A stretch of DNA of 62,053 nucleotides, filler included. It is 4 parts of 4 records of this genome, joined end to end, with 100 filler letters (N's around TTAATTAATTAA, not from the genome) between each part and the next. Parts side by side here need not be neighbours in the genome. Positions count along the whole stretch, not along the records: positions 7,609 to 32,109 come from DRR723986_5811; 3 more parts are not named here. One strand, 5' to 3'. The first letter of the stretch is position 1, and each line of letters opens with the position of its first letter. This document shows, piece after piece, positions 9,174 to 18,226 of this stretch. Under the pieces are notes generated by a model. The model saw nothing but the letters and a program-made list of their open reading frames with translations. It did no database searches and had not been told where the DNA came from. The position numbers and the translations under genes are program-made.

Positions 9174-10192
9174 GCGTCCTGGAACCCTTTCAGGAAACTG
9201 GTGAGGTTCTGGCCGAGTTCTTCCGAAAGGTAACCGCCTTCCTGCACGAACAGCACCGGCAGGCCGAGCTTCGCGATGGCAGCACCAATCCGTCTGAACC
9301 CGGGTGTGGTGATGGCGAGTCCCTTGAGAGGATCTTTTTCATAAGCATCGAGCCCCAGGGCAACAACCAGAATATCGGTTCCAAAGGCCCGAATGTGGTC
9401 GAAGGCCGTTTCCAGGGTTTTCAGGTACTCGTCATCCCCGGTGCCGCGTGCCAAAGGCAGGTTGAGATTACAGCCCCGTCCCGCGCCTTCGCCGCGCTCA
9501 TGTCCGTGGCCCCAGAAGAACGGATAGAACCGCACCGGATCGGCATGTAGCGAAACGGTGAGAACGTCACCGCGCTCATAGAAGATGCCTTGCGTACCAT
9601 TGCCGTGGTGGACGTCGATGTCGAGGATCGCCGGACGCTTGCCTGCCTTCAGAAGCCTTTCGGCCGCAATGCCGGAGTTGTTGAGAAAACAGAAGCCGCC
9701 CGCCAGATCCGCAAATGCATGGTGACCGGGAGGGCGCGACAGCACATAGGCGGCCTGTTCCCCGGCCGCCATCAAGTCCGCGCCGTGGACCGCACTTTGG
9801 GCAGACCAATAGGCCGCTTCCCAGGTCCCGGCTGCGATGGGACAACTGGTATCGGCCTGATGGAACCCGGCCTGACCGACTGCGGAGCGCGGATAACTTG
9901 CCGTGCGCCGGTCCGGATGAATGTTCGGGATGACCTCGTCGGATGCGCCCTCGATCCGGCTCCAGCGTTCATGGATGGTCTGAAGAAAAACGAGGTATTC
10001 CGCAGAGTGGAGAGCCGCAATCGGGCCGAGGCCATGATCTTCCGGCGCTTCGAAGCGGCACCCTGCCGCCTTGGCACCTTCGGTCAGGACCTCGATGCGC
10101 TTCGGCTGTTCCGGATTGGCCAGCCTGGTGCCGTTCGCCATGAAATGCTTGGGATCGTGCATCCATTGGCGGTCGTCAAAAATGGCTTTCAT
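9170..10192 (-). CDS. Histone deacetylase family amidohydrolase (acetylpolyamine amidohydrolase-like)
   Basis: RPPGHHA, GGFCFLNN, DIDVHHGNGTQ, LGLD, QEGGY. Confidence 0.92.
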   Translation of the reverse strand: MKAIFDDRQWMHDPKHFMANGTRLANPEQPKRIEVLTEGAKAAGCRFEAPEDHGLGPIAALHSAEYLVFLQTIHERWSRIEGASDEVIPNIHPDRRTASYPRSAVGQAGFHQADTSCPIAAGTWEAAYWSAQSAVHGADLMAAGEQAAYVLSRPPGHHAFADLAGGFCFLNNSGIAAERLLKAGKRPAILDIDVHHGNGTQGIFYERGDVLTVSLHADPVRFYPFFWGHGHERGEGAGRGCNLNLPLARGTGDDEYLKTLETAFDHIRAFGTDILVVALGLDAYEKDPLKGLAITTPGFRRIGAAIAKLGLPVLFVQEGGYLSEELGQNLTSFLKGFQDA

Positions 10193-10677
10193 GAGCGGTC
10201 CCTCAATTTGTCGAGTGCCGGTGCGCGCAGATCGAAGACGGTTTCGCCTTCCCGAGGCGCAAAACCGAGCCGTTCATAGAAACGGCGTGCATCCGGATTG
10301 TCGTGATAAACGGCGAGCTTCAGAAAGATCGGCGTCCAGCTATCAGGCGCAAGATCCAGACTGGCGGCAAGCAGGCGCTGGCCCAGCCCTTCTCCGCGCG
10401 CTTCTCCATCGACCCAAAGATCGGAAACATAGAGACCGGTGCCACCACGCGTCGTCGAAAAGACAGGCGAGGCCTGCAATACACCGAGCGTGCGGTCGTC
10501 AGACGGCCGGATCGCTAGCAGCGCGAAGAAGGCGGGGGTTTCCGAGAAACCGTGACGGATCACATCATCAAGACTGGCGACATGAGTGTCGCCCATATCG
10601 GCCGAAAGCTGGAGCAGCGCTGCGTGAAGCCTTTCGGCATCAGCCCGCTCCGCCCGCCTGATCGTTATGTTGCTCAT
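10189..10677 (-). CDS. GNAT acetyltransferase (SSAT/diamine acetyltransferase-like)
   Basis: LYVSDLWV..EARGEGLG, N.DARRFYERLGF; 4-nt overlap with the deacetylase gene. Confidence 0.85.
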   Translation of the reverse strand: MSNITIRRAERADAERLHAALLQLSADMGDTHVASLDDVIRHGFSETPAFFALLAIRPSDDRTLGVLQASPVFSTTRGGTGLYVSDLWVDGEARGEGLGQRLLAASLDLAPDSWTPIFLKLAVYHDNPDARRFYERLGFAPREGETVFDLRAPALDKLRDRS

Positions 10678-10679
10678 GA

Positions 10680-11609
10680 TCAGAAGGCCGTCTCGCTGGC
10701 CCCTTTGAGGCCCAGCATCTGCCGGGCTTCTTCCGGTGTTGCGACCGTTCGCCCGAGTTCCTCGACAATCTTGCGGATCTTGGTGACCTGCTCAGCGTTG
10801 GAGCGGGCCAGCTCACCCTTGGCGATGTAGAGATTGTCCTCCAGCCCGACACGGACGTGCCCGCCCATGCTGGCAGCAATGGTGGCGAAAGGGATCTGCT
10901 GTCGGCCCGCAGCAAGAACGGAGAAGATATAGTCGTCGCCGAAAAGCTTGTCCGCCATCCGCTTCATGTGCTGCAGGTTTTCCGGGTCCGCACCGATACC
11001 GCCCAGAACGCCGAAGACGAACTGGATAAAGTACGGCGGCTTGACGAGCCCCCGGTCGGCGAAGTGGCGCAGCATGTAAAGATGCCCGACGTCGTAGCAT
11101 TCGAACTCGAAACGCGCACCGCGCTGCTGGCCCATCTGTATCAGCACGAATTCGATATCCCGCGGTGTGTTCTTGAAGACGAGATCATCCGTTCCGCGCA
11201 GGAAAGGCTGCTCCCAGTCATGCACCCACGCGTCGTAACGGTCGGCCAGCGGATAGAGCGCGAAATTCATTGTGCCCATGTTGAGTGAGCACATTTCCGG
11301 CTCTGCCTTCAGCGGACCGGCAAGCCTGTCCTCCAGGCTCATGATCGCGCTGCCACCGGTGGACAGGTTGAGCACCGCGCCGCAACCCGCCTTGATCTCC
11401 GGAAGGAAGGCCATGAAGTCGGCCTCCCGCGCCGACGGCTGGCCGGTTTCCGGATTTCGGGCATGAAGATGCAGGATTGCGGCGCCCGCCTCGGCAGCGC
11501 CTATCGCCTGGCCTGCAATCTCGGCAGGCGTCACCGGCAAGTGAGGTGACATGGTGGGTGTATGAATGGAGCCCGTGACGGCACAGGTGATGATGATCTT
11601 GTCTGTCAT
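10680..11609 (-). CDS. Beta-keto acid cleavage enzyme (BKACE/Kce, DUF849)
   Basis: IITCAVTG, HLHAR Zn ligands, STGG, PEMCSLNMG, FECYD, GGHVRVGLEDN, ATPEEAR. Confidence 0.93.
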   Translation of the reverse strand: MTDKIIITCAVTGSIHTPTMSPHLPVTPAEIAGQAIGAAEAGAAILHLHARNPETGQPSAREADFMAFLPEIKAGCGAVLNLSTGGSAIMSLEDRLAGPLKAEPEMCSLNMGTMNFALYPLADRYDAWVHDWEQPFLRGTDDLVFKNTPRDIEFVLIQMGQQRGARFEFECYDVGHLYMLRHFADRGLVKPPYFIQFVFGVLGGIGADPENLQHMKRMADKLFGDDYIFSVLAAGRQQIPFATIAASMGGHVRVGLEDNLYIAKGELARSNAEQVTKIRKIVEELGRTVATPEEARQMLGLKGASETAF

Positions 11610-11619
11610 GTCTTGAATG

Positions 11620-12975
11620 TCAGCTGGCTCTGGCCTGTTGCTGCGAAATCCTGTCGAGAAACTGGCGGAGAGAAAGGTCGAGACCTTCGATGATCTCGGC
11701 TACATGATCCGGTGTCGAGATCATGGGGGGCGCAATCAGGAAGTGGTCGCCGCTGTAGCCGCCCCGTGTCCGGCGGGAATAGATGATAAGGCCGTTCTCA
11801 TAAGCAATATCGACCAGTTCGTTGAAGGCGTTCAGTTCCTTTGCGAGCGGTCTCAGGCTTGCACGGTCCTCGACCAGTTCGAAGGCCAGCAACAGCCCTT
11901 CGCCGCGTACGTCGCCGATGATCGAATAGCGGTCCATCAGCTTCTTCAGTTCGCTCTTCAGGAGCGCCCCGGTCTCGGCCGCGTTCTGGCACAGGTTTTC
12001 CCGCTCGATCTCCTCCAGCACCGCCAGACCGGCAGAGCAGGCAAGCGGATTGCCGGCATATGTGAAACCATGCAGGAAACCGCCATTGTCGAGCACGTTG
12101 GTGACGATGTCCTTGTGCGCAATCATGGCGCCCAGAGGCGCATAACCAGCAGCAAAGCCTTTGGAGATCACCAGAATATCCGGATCGACATTCCAGTGTT
12201 CACCGGCGAAGAACTTTCCGGTCCTCCCGCCACCGGTCATGACCTCGTCATGGATCAGCAGGACGCCGTAACGCGTGCAGATCTCGCGAATGCGTTGCAT
12301 GTACCCCTTCGGCGGCACGAGCGCGCCGGTGGAGGCGCCACCGATCGGCTCGACAATAAAGGCCAGGATTGTTTCCGGGCCTTCGGACAGGATCTTTGCC
12401 TCCAGCATGTCGGCGTAGTGTCTACCCGTTGCCTCGTCGTCCGGATCCAACCCGTCGAGATAGGCGCGCGGTGCCGGGATCTTCGGCATCGGCCGCATCA
12501 TGGGGTCGAACGGCGCGGTAAGGGGTGCATAGCCTGTCAGGGCCAGAGCGCCAAGCGTGCAGCCGTGATAGCTCGGTTCGCGCGAGATGATCTTGTAACG
12601 CTGCGCCTGGCCGATCGCGATGGCGTTCTGGCGGGCCAGCTTGATGGCGCTCTCCACCGCTTCCGACCCACCGGAAACGAAGAAGACCTTTTCCAGTCCC
12701 TCGGGTGCCAGTGCGGCGGTCCTGGCGGCAAGCAGCTCCGCAGGCTCTGTCTCGAAATGGAGGCGGTAACCGAAGGTGGACTTGTCCATCTGCTTGCGCA
12801 TTGCCTCCAGCACGCGCGGGTTGGAATGGCCGATGTTGCAGACCATCGCCCCGGACGAACCGTCGAGATAGCGCTTGCCGTCGACGTCCCACATGTAGAC
12901 GCCGCGCGCCTGGTCCAGAACAGGCCGGCGCTGACGAGACTGATAGAACAGATGAGAGGTTTGCGGACGGCTCAT
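11620..12975 (-). CDS. Class III PLP aminotransferase (omega/beta-amino acid)
   Basis: SGGSEAVE, SYHG, IVEPIGG, DEVMTG.GRTG, ISKG, HGFTYAGNP. Confidence 0.92.
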   Translation of the reverse strand: MSRPQTSHLFYQSRQRRPVLDQARGVYMWDVDGKRYLDGSSGAMVCNIGHSNPRVLEAMRKQMDKSTFGYRLHFETEPAELLAARTAALAPEGLEKVFFVSGGSEAVESAIKLARQNAIAIGQAQRYKIISREPSYHGCTLGALALTGYAPLTAPFDPMMRPMPKIPAPRAYLDGLDPDDEATGRHYADMLEAKILSEGPETILAFIVEPIGGASTGALVPPKGYMQRIREICTRYGVLLIHDEVMTGGGRTGKFFAGEHWNVDPDILVISKGFAAGYAPLGAMIAHKDIVTNVLDNGGFLHGFTYAGNPLACSAGLAVLEEIERENLCQNAAETGALLKSELKKLMDRYSIIGDVRGEGLLLAFELVEDRASLRPLAKELNAFNELVDIAYENGLIIYSRRTRGGYSGDHFLIAPPMISTPDHVAEIIEGLDLSLRQFLDRISQQQARAS

Positions 12976-14057
12976 GAAGCAGCTCCAGGCAGGGCTGCGC
13001 AGTCGCGCGGACGGAAGCGAACGGAGACGTCCGAGCCTTCCTCGAAAGGGTGCTGATCGATCATGTTGATCACCTGAAGTTGCTGGTCGCCGACACGAAC
13101 GAAATACCGTGCCGCCTGACCCTGGTAGTCCACCGCCTCGACCTTGCCGTCGAGCGCGATGCGATCATCCGCCGGAGCGGATTTTTCCGCCAGCAGAAGT
13201 TTTTCAGCCCGGATAACAAGCTGTGCAGGACCGGCCTGTGAAAGATTGGGGGCCTTTTCCCTCGGCACGTTGATCTTGCCGAAGTAAGGCAGTTCAAGGG
13301 ACAGCTCCTGCCCGTTCACCGCCTGGCACGTCGCTGGCAGAATGTTGGAGATGCCCAGGAAGCGCGAAACGAACTCGCTTGCAGGCGTGTTGTAAACCTC
13401 CTGCGGCGTGCCGATCTGCTCCACCCGTCCGTTGGACATCACCACGATGCGGTCGGACATGGCGAGCGCTTCGGACTGGTCATGGGTAACGAAGACGGTG
13501 GTGATGCCGATCTGGTGCTGGATGCGTTTCAGCTCGACACGCATGTCCTCGCGCAGGTTGGCGTCGAGTGCGGACAGCGGTTCGTCCAGAAGCAGCACGT
13601 CCGGCTCGATGACGATGGCCCGCGCCAGCGCGATACGCTGCTGCTGACCACCGGAAAGCTGCTTGGGATAACGGTCGCTGACATGGGGCAGCTGAACCAG
13701 TTCCAGCGCATCGCGCACTTTCTTTTCGGCATCCGCCTTCGGGATATCGCGGTATTTCAGGCCAAAAGCCACATTTTCGGCGATCGTCTTGTGCGGAAAG
13801 AGCGCGTAGTTCTGGAACACGAGACCAAGGTTTCGCCTGTGGATCGGCACGTCGTTGATGCGTTGACCCTTGATGGTGATGTCGCCTTCGGAAGGGTCGA
13901 TGAGACCGGCGATCATCCTGAGGGTGGTCGTCTTGCCACATCCGGAAGGGCCGAGCAGCGTTACGAAGCTTCCGTCCGGGATGTCCATGCTCATCCGGTG
14001 AACGGCGGTAAAGCCACCGAACTTCTTGACGATATTGTTAAGGGAAACCGCGCTCAC
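12972..14057 (-). CDS. PotA-type ABC transporter ATP-binding protein
   Basis: GPSGCGKT, LSGGQQQR, LLDEP, TOBE C-terminus; GTG start with GGAG RBS. Confidence 0.93.
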   Translation of the reverse strand: MSAVSLNNIVKKFGGFTAVHRMSMDIPDGSFVTLLGPSGCGKTTTLRMIAGLIDPSEGDITIKGQRINDVPIHRRNLGLVFQNYALFPHKTIAENVAFGLKYRDIPKADAEKKVRDALELVQLPHVSDRYPKQLSGGQQQRIALARAIVIEPDVLLLDEPLSALDANLREDMRVELKRIQHQIGITTVFVTHDQSEALAMSDRIVVMSNGRVEQIGTPQEVYNTPASEFVSRFLGISNILPATCQAVNGQELSLELPYFGKINVPREKAPNLSQAGPAQLVIRAEKLLLAEKSAPADDRIALDGKVEAVDYQGQAARYFVRVGDQQLQVINMIDQHPFEEGSDVSVRFRPRDCAALPGAAS

Positions 14058-14087
14058 GCAAATTCTCCAAGTCCTGGGGAGAAGACG

Positions 14088-14114
14088 ACCTTCCGGCAGC
14101 AACTGCCGGAAGGT
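14088..14114. terminator. Intercistronic stem-loop downstream of the SBP gene
   Basis: ACCTTCCGGCAG-CAA-CTGCCGGAAGGT perfect 12-bp stem with no U tract (mRNA stabiliser or attenuator). Confidence 0.6.
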
Positions 14115-14143
14115 GCTGGGTCAGTGATGGGGCCGTACCTGGC

Positions 14144-15283
14144 TCAGTAACCCTTCTGGATCCGCCCGAACATCTTGGACCAATCCTGTTCGTGGCTGTT
14201 CCAGTATTCCGGATTGGCGAAGGTCAAACCGTCGAGCGTCCCTGTCGGATCGAACGCCGGAAGGGTCGGGATCTTCTTGCCGAGTTCAACCTTTGTCGGG
14301 TCAAGCGCCGGTGGGTAGTTCTGGCCTTCTGCGACCGCGATCGAGGTTTCCGGTGCCAGCATGAAGTTCAGAAGTTCCTCGCAAGCTTCCATGGGCGAGC
14401 CCTTGATCACGAACAGGCATTCCTGCCAGCCGAAACCGTTGGGCGGATCGATATAGCCGATGTCATGGCCCTGCTCCTGAAGGGCGTAGATCCGGCCGGA
14501 CCAGCCCTCGGTAACGTAGATTTCCTCTTCGGCCAGAAGGCTCATGAGTTCCGCGCCGGACTGCCAGTATTTCAACAGCAGATCGCGGTTGGTGCGCACT
14601 GCCTGCCAGACGGCATCCATATCCGTGGCGTTGTTCGGATCCTGGTCGGTCTGCAGCGATGCGTACCAGATGCGGGTGCGCCAGTCGGACCAGCCGCCGA
14701 TCTTGCCCTTGTAGGCTTCGTCGATCAGGAGCTTTGCACCCTTTTCCTTGGCTTCGTCGTCGGAGATGTATTTCCGGTTATAGGCAATGCCTGTGGTGCC
14801 GTAGTCATAAGGCACGCAGGACAGCTTGCCGTCGGTGACACCGCGGAAGACGTCGGTGAGTTTCGGGATCACGTATTTCAGGTTCGGGATGTTGTCCTCG
14901 TTGAGCGCCGAGTTCAGCCCGAGATTGACATAGCGTGCGTAGTCGAAGACGCCTGACAGGTGGGCGATATTGTATTCGCCTTCCTGGCTGGCCTTGACGC
15001 GCGACAGATATTCATCTCCGCCGCCGAACGTTCCATCGACAACCTTGATGCCGGTCTTTTCGGTGTAGGGATCGAAGGCATATTTGCGGAAGGCTTCCGA
15101 GACGACCCCGCCCCAGCCGTCGAAGCGGACTTCCTCCGTCGCAGCCATGGCATGGCGGGCAAAGGGTGTCTGCACACCGTAGGCGAGACCGGCTGCCCCG
15201 ATCAGGCCAAGGAACTTGCGGCGGTCGAGATCACCGTTGAGATAGCGTTCGCGCAGACGCTCATAGCGTTTGGTATTGTCCAT
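14144..15283 (-). CDS. PotD/PotF-type substrate-binding protein with Tat signal
   Basis: DRRKFLG twin-arginine motif, FDGWGG, VPYDYGTTGIAYN, WSGR. Confidence 0.88.
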   Translation of the reverse strand: MDNTKRYERLRERYLNGDLDRRKFLGLIGAAGLAYGVQTPFARHAMAATEEVRFDGWGGVVSEAFRKYAFDPYTEKTGIKVVDGTFGGGDEYLSRVKASQEGEYNIAHLSGVFDYARYVNLGLNSALNEDNIPNLKYVIPKLTDVFRGVTDGKLSCVPYDYGTTGIAYNRKYISDDEAKEKGAKLLIDEAYKGKIGGWSDWRTRIWYASLQTDQDPNNATDMDAVWQAVRTNRDLLLKYWQSGAELMSLLAEEEIYVTEGWSGRIYALQEQGHDIGYIDPPNGFGWQECLFVIKGSPMEACEELLNFMLAPETSIAVAEGQNYPPALDPTKVELGKKIPTLPAFDPTGTLDGLTFANPEYWNSHEQDWSKMFGRIQKGY

Positions 15284-15335
15284 CTTGTTTTCCACTCTGG
15301 TTCTTGTGTCGGTTTCTTGCTTTGATCGCGCGGTT

Positions 15336-16121
15336 CTAACCGCCGCGCTGCATGGCCATCCGCCGGGCGATTGCCAGCCCGAGAAGCGGCAGGCCGACGG
15401 TCAGGAAAATCATCACGGTGCCGAGCGCGTTGATCTCCGGGGAGATGGAATTGCGCAGCATGGCAAAGATCTGGGTGGGCACGGTTTCGACGCCGCCCGG
15501 CTTCCAGAACAAGGTGCCGGTGATATCGTCGAAGCTGATGGTGAACGCGAAGAGCATACCCGCGAAGACCGCCGGGGCCAGCAGTGGCAGCGTGATCTGG
15601 AAGAAGGCTTGCACGGGACTTGCGCCAAGGCTGAGTGCGGCTTCCTCGTAGTCGCGGCGGATGCCGACAAGGCGAGCCTGCACCACCAGGATGACAAAGG
15701 GCAGCGTGAAGATGACGTGCCCCATCAGGAGCAGGAAGAAGCTCTTGTTGATCGACAGGAAATTCAGGAACAGCAACAAGGCGACCGCCAGCACCACCTC
15801 CGGCACCAGGATCGGCGCAATCAGGAGGGTGGAGATCAGGTTGCGGCCGGGCACCTCGTAGCGCACCAGGGCAAGACTTGCCAGAACGCCAAGTGTCGTG
15901 GAAATCAGTGCGGTCAGGGCACCAAGGACAATCGAGGTCTGGAACGCCCGCAGGATGGCGTCGTTTCCGGCCAGTTCGACGAACCAGCGGAACGAGAAGC
16001 CGGTCATAGGAAAGCTGCCGAACTGGCTGGCGTTGAAGCTGAGCAGAACCACCACCGCGACCGGCAGGAACATGAACAGATAGACCAGCAGCGTGTAGGC
16101 CCGGATCAGTTGCCACCCCAT
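15336..16121 (-). CDS. PotC-type ABC permease
   Basis: EEAALSLGAS EAA loop, FTISFDD, SPEINAL. Confidence 0.92.
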   Translation of the reverse strand: MGWQLIRAYTLLVYLFMFLPVAVVVLLSFNASQFGSFPMTGFSFRWFVELAGNDAILRAFQTSIVLGALTALISTTLGVLASLALVRYEVPGRNLISTLLIAPILVPEVVLAVALLLFLNFLSINKSFFLLLMGHVIFTLPFVILVVQARLVGIRRDYEEAALSLGASPVQAFFQITLPLLAPAVFAGMLFAFTISFDDITGTLFWKPGGVETVPTQIFAMLRNSISPEINALGTVMIFLTVGLPLLGLAIARRMAMQRGG

Positions 16122-16987
16122 CAGCCAAGCCCCTTCATCAGTTGGCCCATGCCGAGATAGTGGTTGTAGATCAGCACCAGGGCGCCGAGGACGGCGAGCA
16201 GCATGAGCGAGAGCGCAGAGCCGAGCGGCCAGTTAAGCTGTGTGATGATCGCCTCGAAAACGAGATTGGCGAACATGGCGTCCGTCGGACCACCCAGAAC
16301 CAGCGGTGTGATGTAGGTGCCCGCACTCAGCACGAAACAGAGCAGGCCTCCTGCGGCGAGCCCCGGCAGGGACAGCGGCAAGGTGACTTCCCGGAATGCC
16401 TGCCAGCGGGTGGAGCCGAGGGAACAGGCCGCGTCCTCCAGCGAAACATCGATCCCTTCCAGCGCCACATAGACGTTCAACACCATGAAGGGCAGCAGGA
16501 AATGCACGAGGCCCAGGATCACGGTCGGCTCGTTGTAGAGCATCTGAACCGGTTCGGAGACGATGCCGAGGTTGAGCAGGGCCCAGTTGACCGCACCCGA
16601 TACACCCAGGATGTTGATCCAGGACATGGTCCGGATGATGTAGCTGATCCAGAACGGCAGCATCAGCAACAGCAGCAGCAAGGCCTTGTTGCCTCGTGAA
16701 CGGGCAATGAAATAAGCCGCAGGATAACCCATGACGGCGCAGGCAAATGTGGTGATGGCGGCAATCCGCAACGTACCGAGCAGGATGTCCCGATAGAAGG
16801 GATCGGTCAGCGCCTCGTTCCAGTTGTCCAGGTAAAAGCCCGCCTGGTCAGCGCCCGTGGCCGTGCGCAGCCAGAACGAATAGACGACAATAAAAACAAG
16901 CGGCACGAAAAGCAGCAGCCCCACTGCTGTGAGCGCAGGGGAAAGGAGTATCCATGGCTGTCGTTTTTCCCGCGCCTCGACGCTCAT
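16121..16987 (-). CDS. PotB-type ABC permease
   Basis: LPFWISYIIR, LPFMVL, EDAACSLG EAA loop, NWPLGSA. Confidence 0.92.
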   Translation of the reverse strand: MSVEAREKRQPWILLSPALTAVGLLLFVPLVFIVVYSFWLRTATGADQAGFYLDNWNEALTDPFYRDILLGTLRIAAITTFACAVMGYPAAYFIARSRGNKALLLLLLMLPFWISYIIRTMSWINILGVSGAVNWALLNLGIVSEPVQMLYNEPTVILGLVHFLLPFMVLNVYVALEGIDVSLEDAACSLGSTRWQAFREVTLPLSLPGLAAGGLLCFVLSAGTYITPLVLGGPTDAMFANLVFEAIITQLNWPLGSALSLMLLAVLGALVLIYNHYLGMGQLMKGLG

Positions 16988-17060
16988 GCGCTCAAACCCT
17001 GCCAGATGCCTTGTCAAAATTGCTTGACTTCAGCGTCGCAGGCAGGCCTTCATTGATCAA

Positions 17061-17097
17061 ATAGATAATGAAAATTATAACTATAGATCTAATCAAT
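17061..17097. promoter_or_regulatory. LysR binding region (T-N11-A dyad overlapping the LysR start)
   Basis: ATAGAT-CTA-ATCAAT at 17083-17097 and a second ATAGAT 22 bp away in an AT-rich divergent promoter. Confidence 0.55.
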
Positions 17098-18064
17098 GGC
17101 TGATGGATTACGCCCGATACAGGCGGAACGGCTTGCCCGCGAACTGGACTGGAACCTGCTGAGAACCTTCATCGTCCTGGCCCAGTCCGGAAGTGTGACG
17201 CGGGCGGCAGACAGACTGCGCCTCAAGCAGCCCACCGTTTCCAGCGCACTGAAGCGGCTGGAGGACCGGTTGGGACGCAAGCTCATCAATCGCAAGCCGG
17301 GTCAGTTCGAGCTGACGGAAGCCGGCCAATTGCTTTTGAAGGAAGCCATCGAGATCCAGGGTTCCATTCTGAGGCTCGGAACCCTGATGCGTGACGTCAC
17401 CGACGAGATCCGCGGCCACGTCGAAATCGCCATGGCCAGTCACGTGGTTTCGCCGCTCTATGACGACACCCTGCGCGAGTTTCACGAACGGCACCCGGCC
17501 GCAACACTCACCATCAACGTTTCGGCCAGCAAGGACGCACTGGAAGCCGTCACGTCCCGCCGGGCTTCGCTCGCCGTCTGCCTGGTGCGCGAACGCAATC
17601 CAAAGCTTGAGTACCTGCGCCTTTTCCGGGAGTTTTTCGGCCTCTTCTGCGGTCCGCCTCACCCGCTTTACGGCAAGACCAACCTGACAAAGGCCGATCT
17701 TGCCGGTCAGTCCGCCGTCAGCTTCGTGACCGACCGGCTGGAAGACGCCCTTCGTCCGGTGACGCTAATGCGGGCGGAAGCGGATCTCGAAGACCGGATC
17801 GTCGGCACATCGGCCAACCTGGAAGAAGTCCGACGCATGATCATTGCCGGACTGGGCATCGGCCCCTTGCCTGTCCACGTTGCCAAGCGGGATATTCGAG
17901 AGGGTCTTTTGTGGCAACTCCCACCCTATGACGCGCTGCCGGAGATCGACGTTCATGTGGTCTGGAACCCGAAGGCGAAACTGAACCGCGCCGAACAGGC
18001 TCTTCTGGACATGCTGCTGGAAAAGATAAGGCTGACGCCGATAGAGGAGCGGACCTATCGCTGA
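17096..18064 (+). CDS. LysR-family transcriptional regulator of the divergent operon
   Basis: LDWNLLRTF...GSVTRAA.RL.LKQPTVSSALKRLE HTH. Confidence 0.93.
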   Translation: MADGLRPIQAERLARELDWNLLRTFIVLAQSGSVTRAADRLRLKQPTVSSALKRLEDRLGRKLINRKPGQFELTEAGQLLLKEAIEIQGSILRLGTLMRDVTDEIRGHVEIAMASHVVSPLYDDTLREFHERHPAATLTINVSASKDALEAVTSRRASLAVCLVRERNPKLEYLRLFREFFGLFCGPPHPLYGKTNLTKADLAGQSAVSFVTDRLEDALRPVTLMRAEADLEDRIVGTSANLEEVRRMIIAGLGIGPLPVHVAKRDIREGLLWQLPPYDALPEIDVHVVWNPKAKLNRAEQALLDMLLEKIRLTPIEERTYR

Positions 18065-18226
18065 CACATATCGCGGAGCATTGGCCTGCCGGCTTCTTTA
18101 CCAACCCGAGCGACCAATACGGGAAACCCGGCAGCGGCCCGTTGCATTCCCCCGCTGACGTTGTAAAACTTTCAGGACGCTACGAAAATTGGCGATCAAC
18201 GCCGTCCAGGTTGAAGGGGTAGGAAG

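Noticed and set aside
10680-11609. BKACE as the carnitine pathway CdhC, linked to the dioxygenase at 43987
   Set aside because: No carnitine dehydrogenase or betaine-type transporter is in the operon, and the dioxygenase is on another contig
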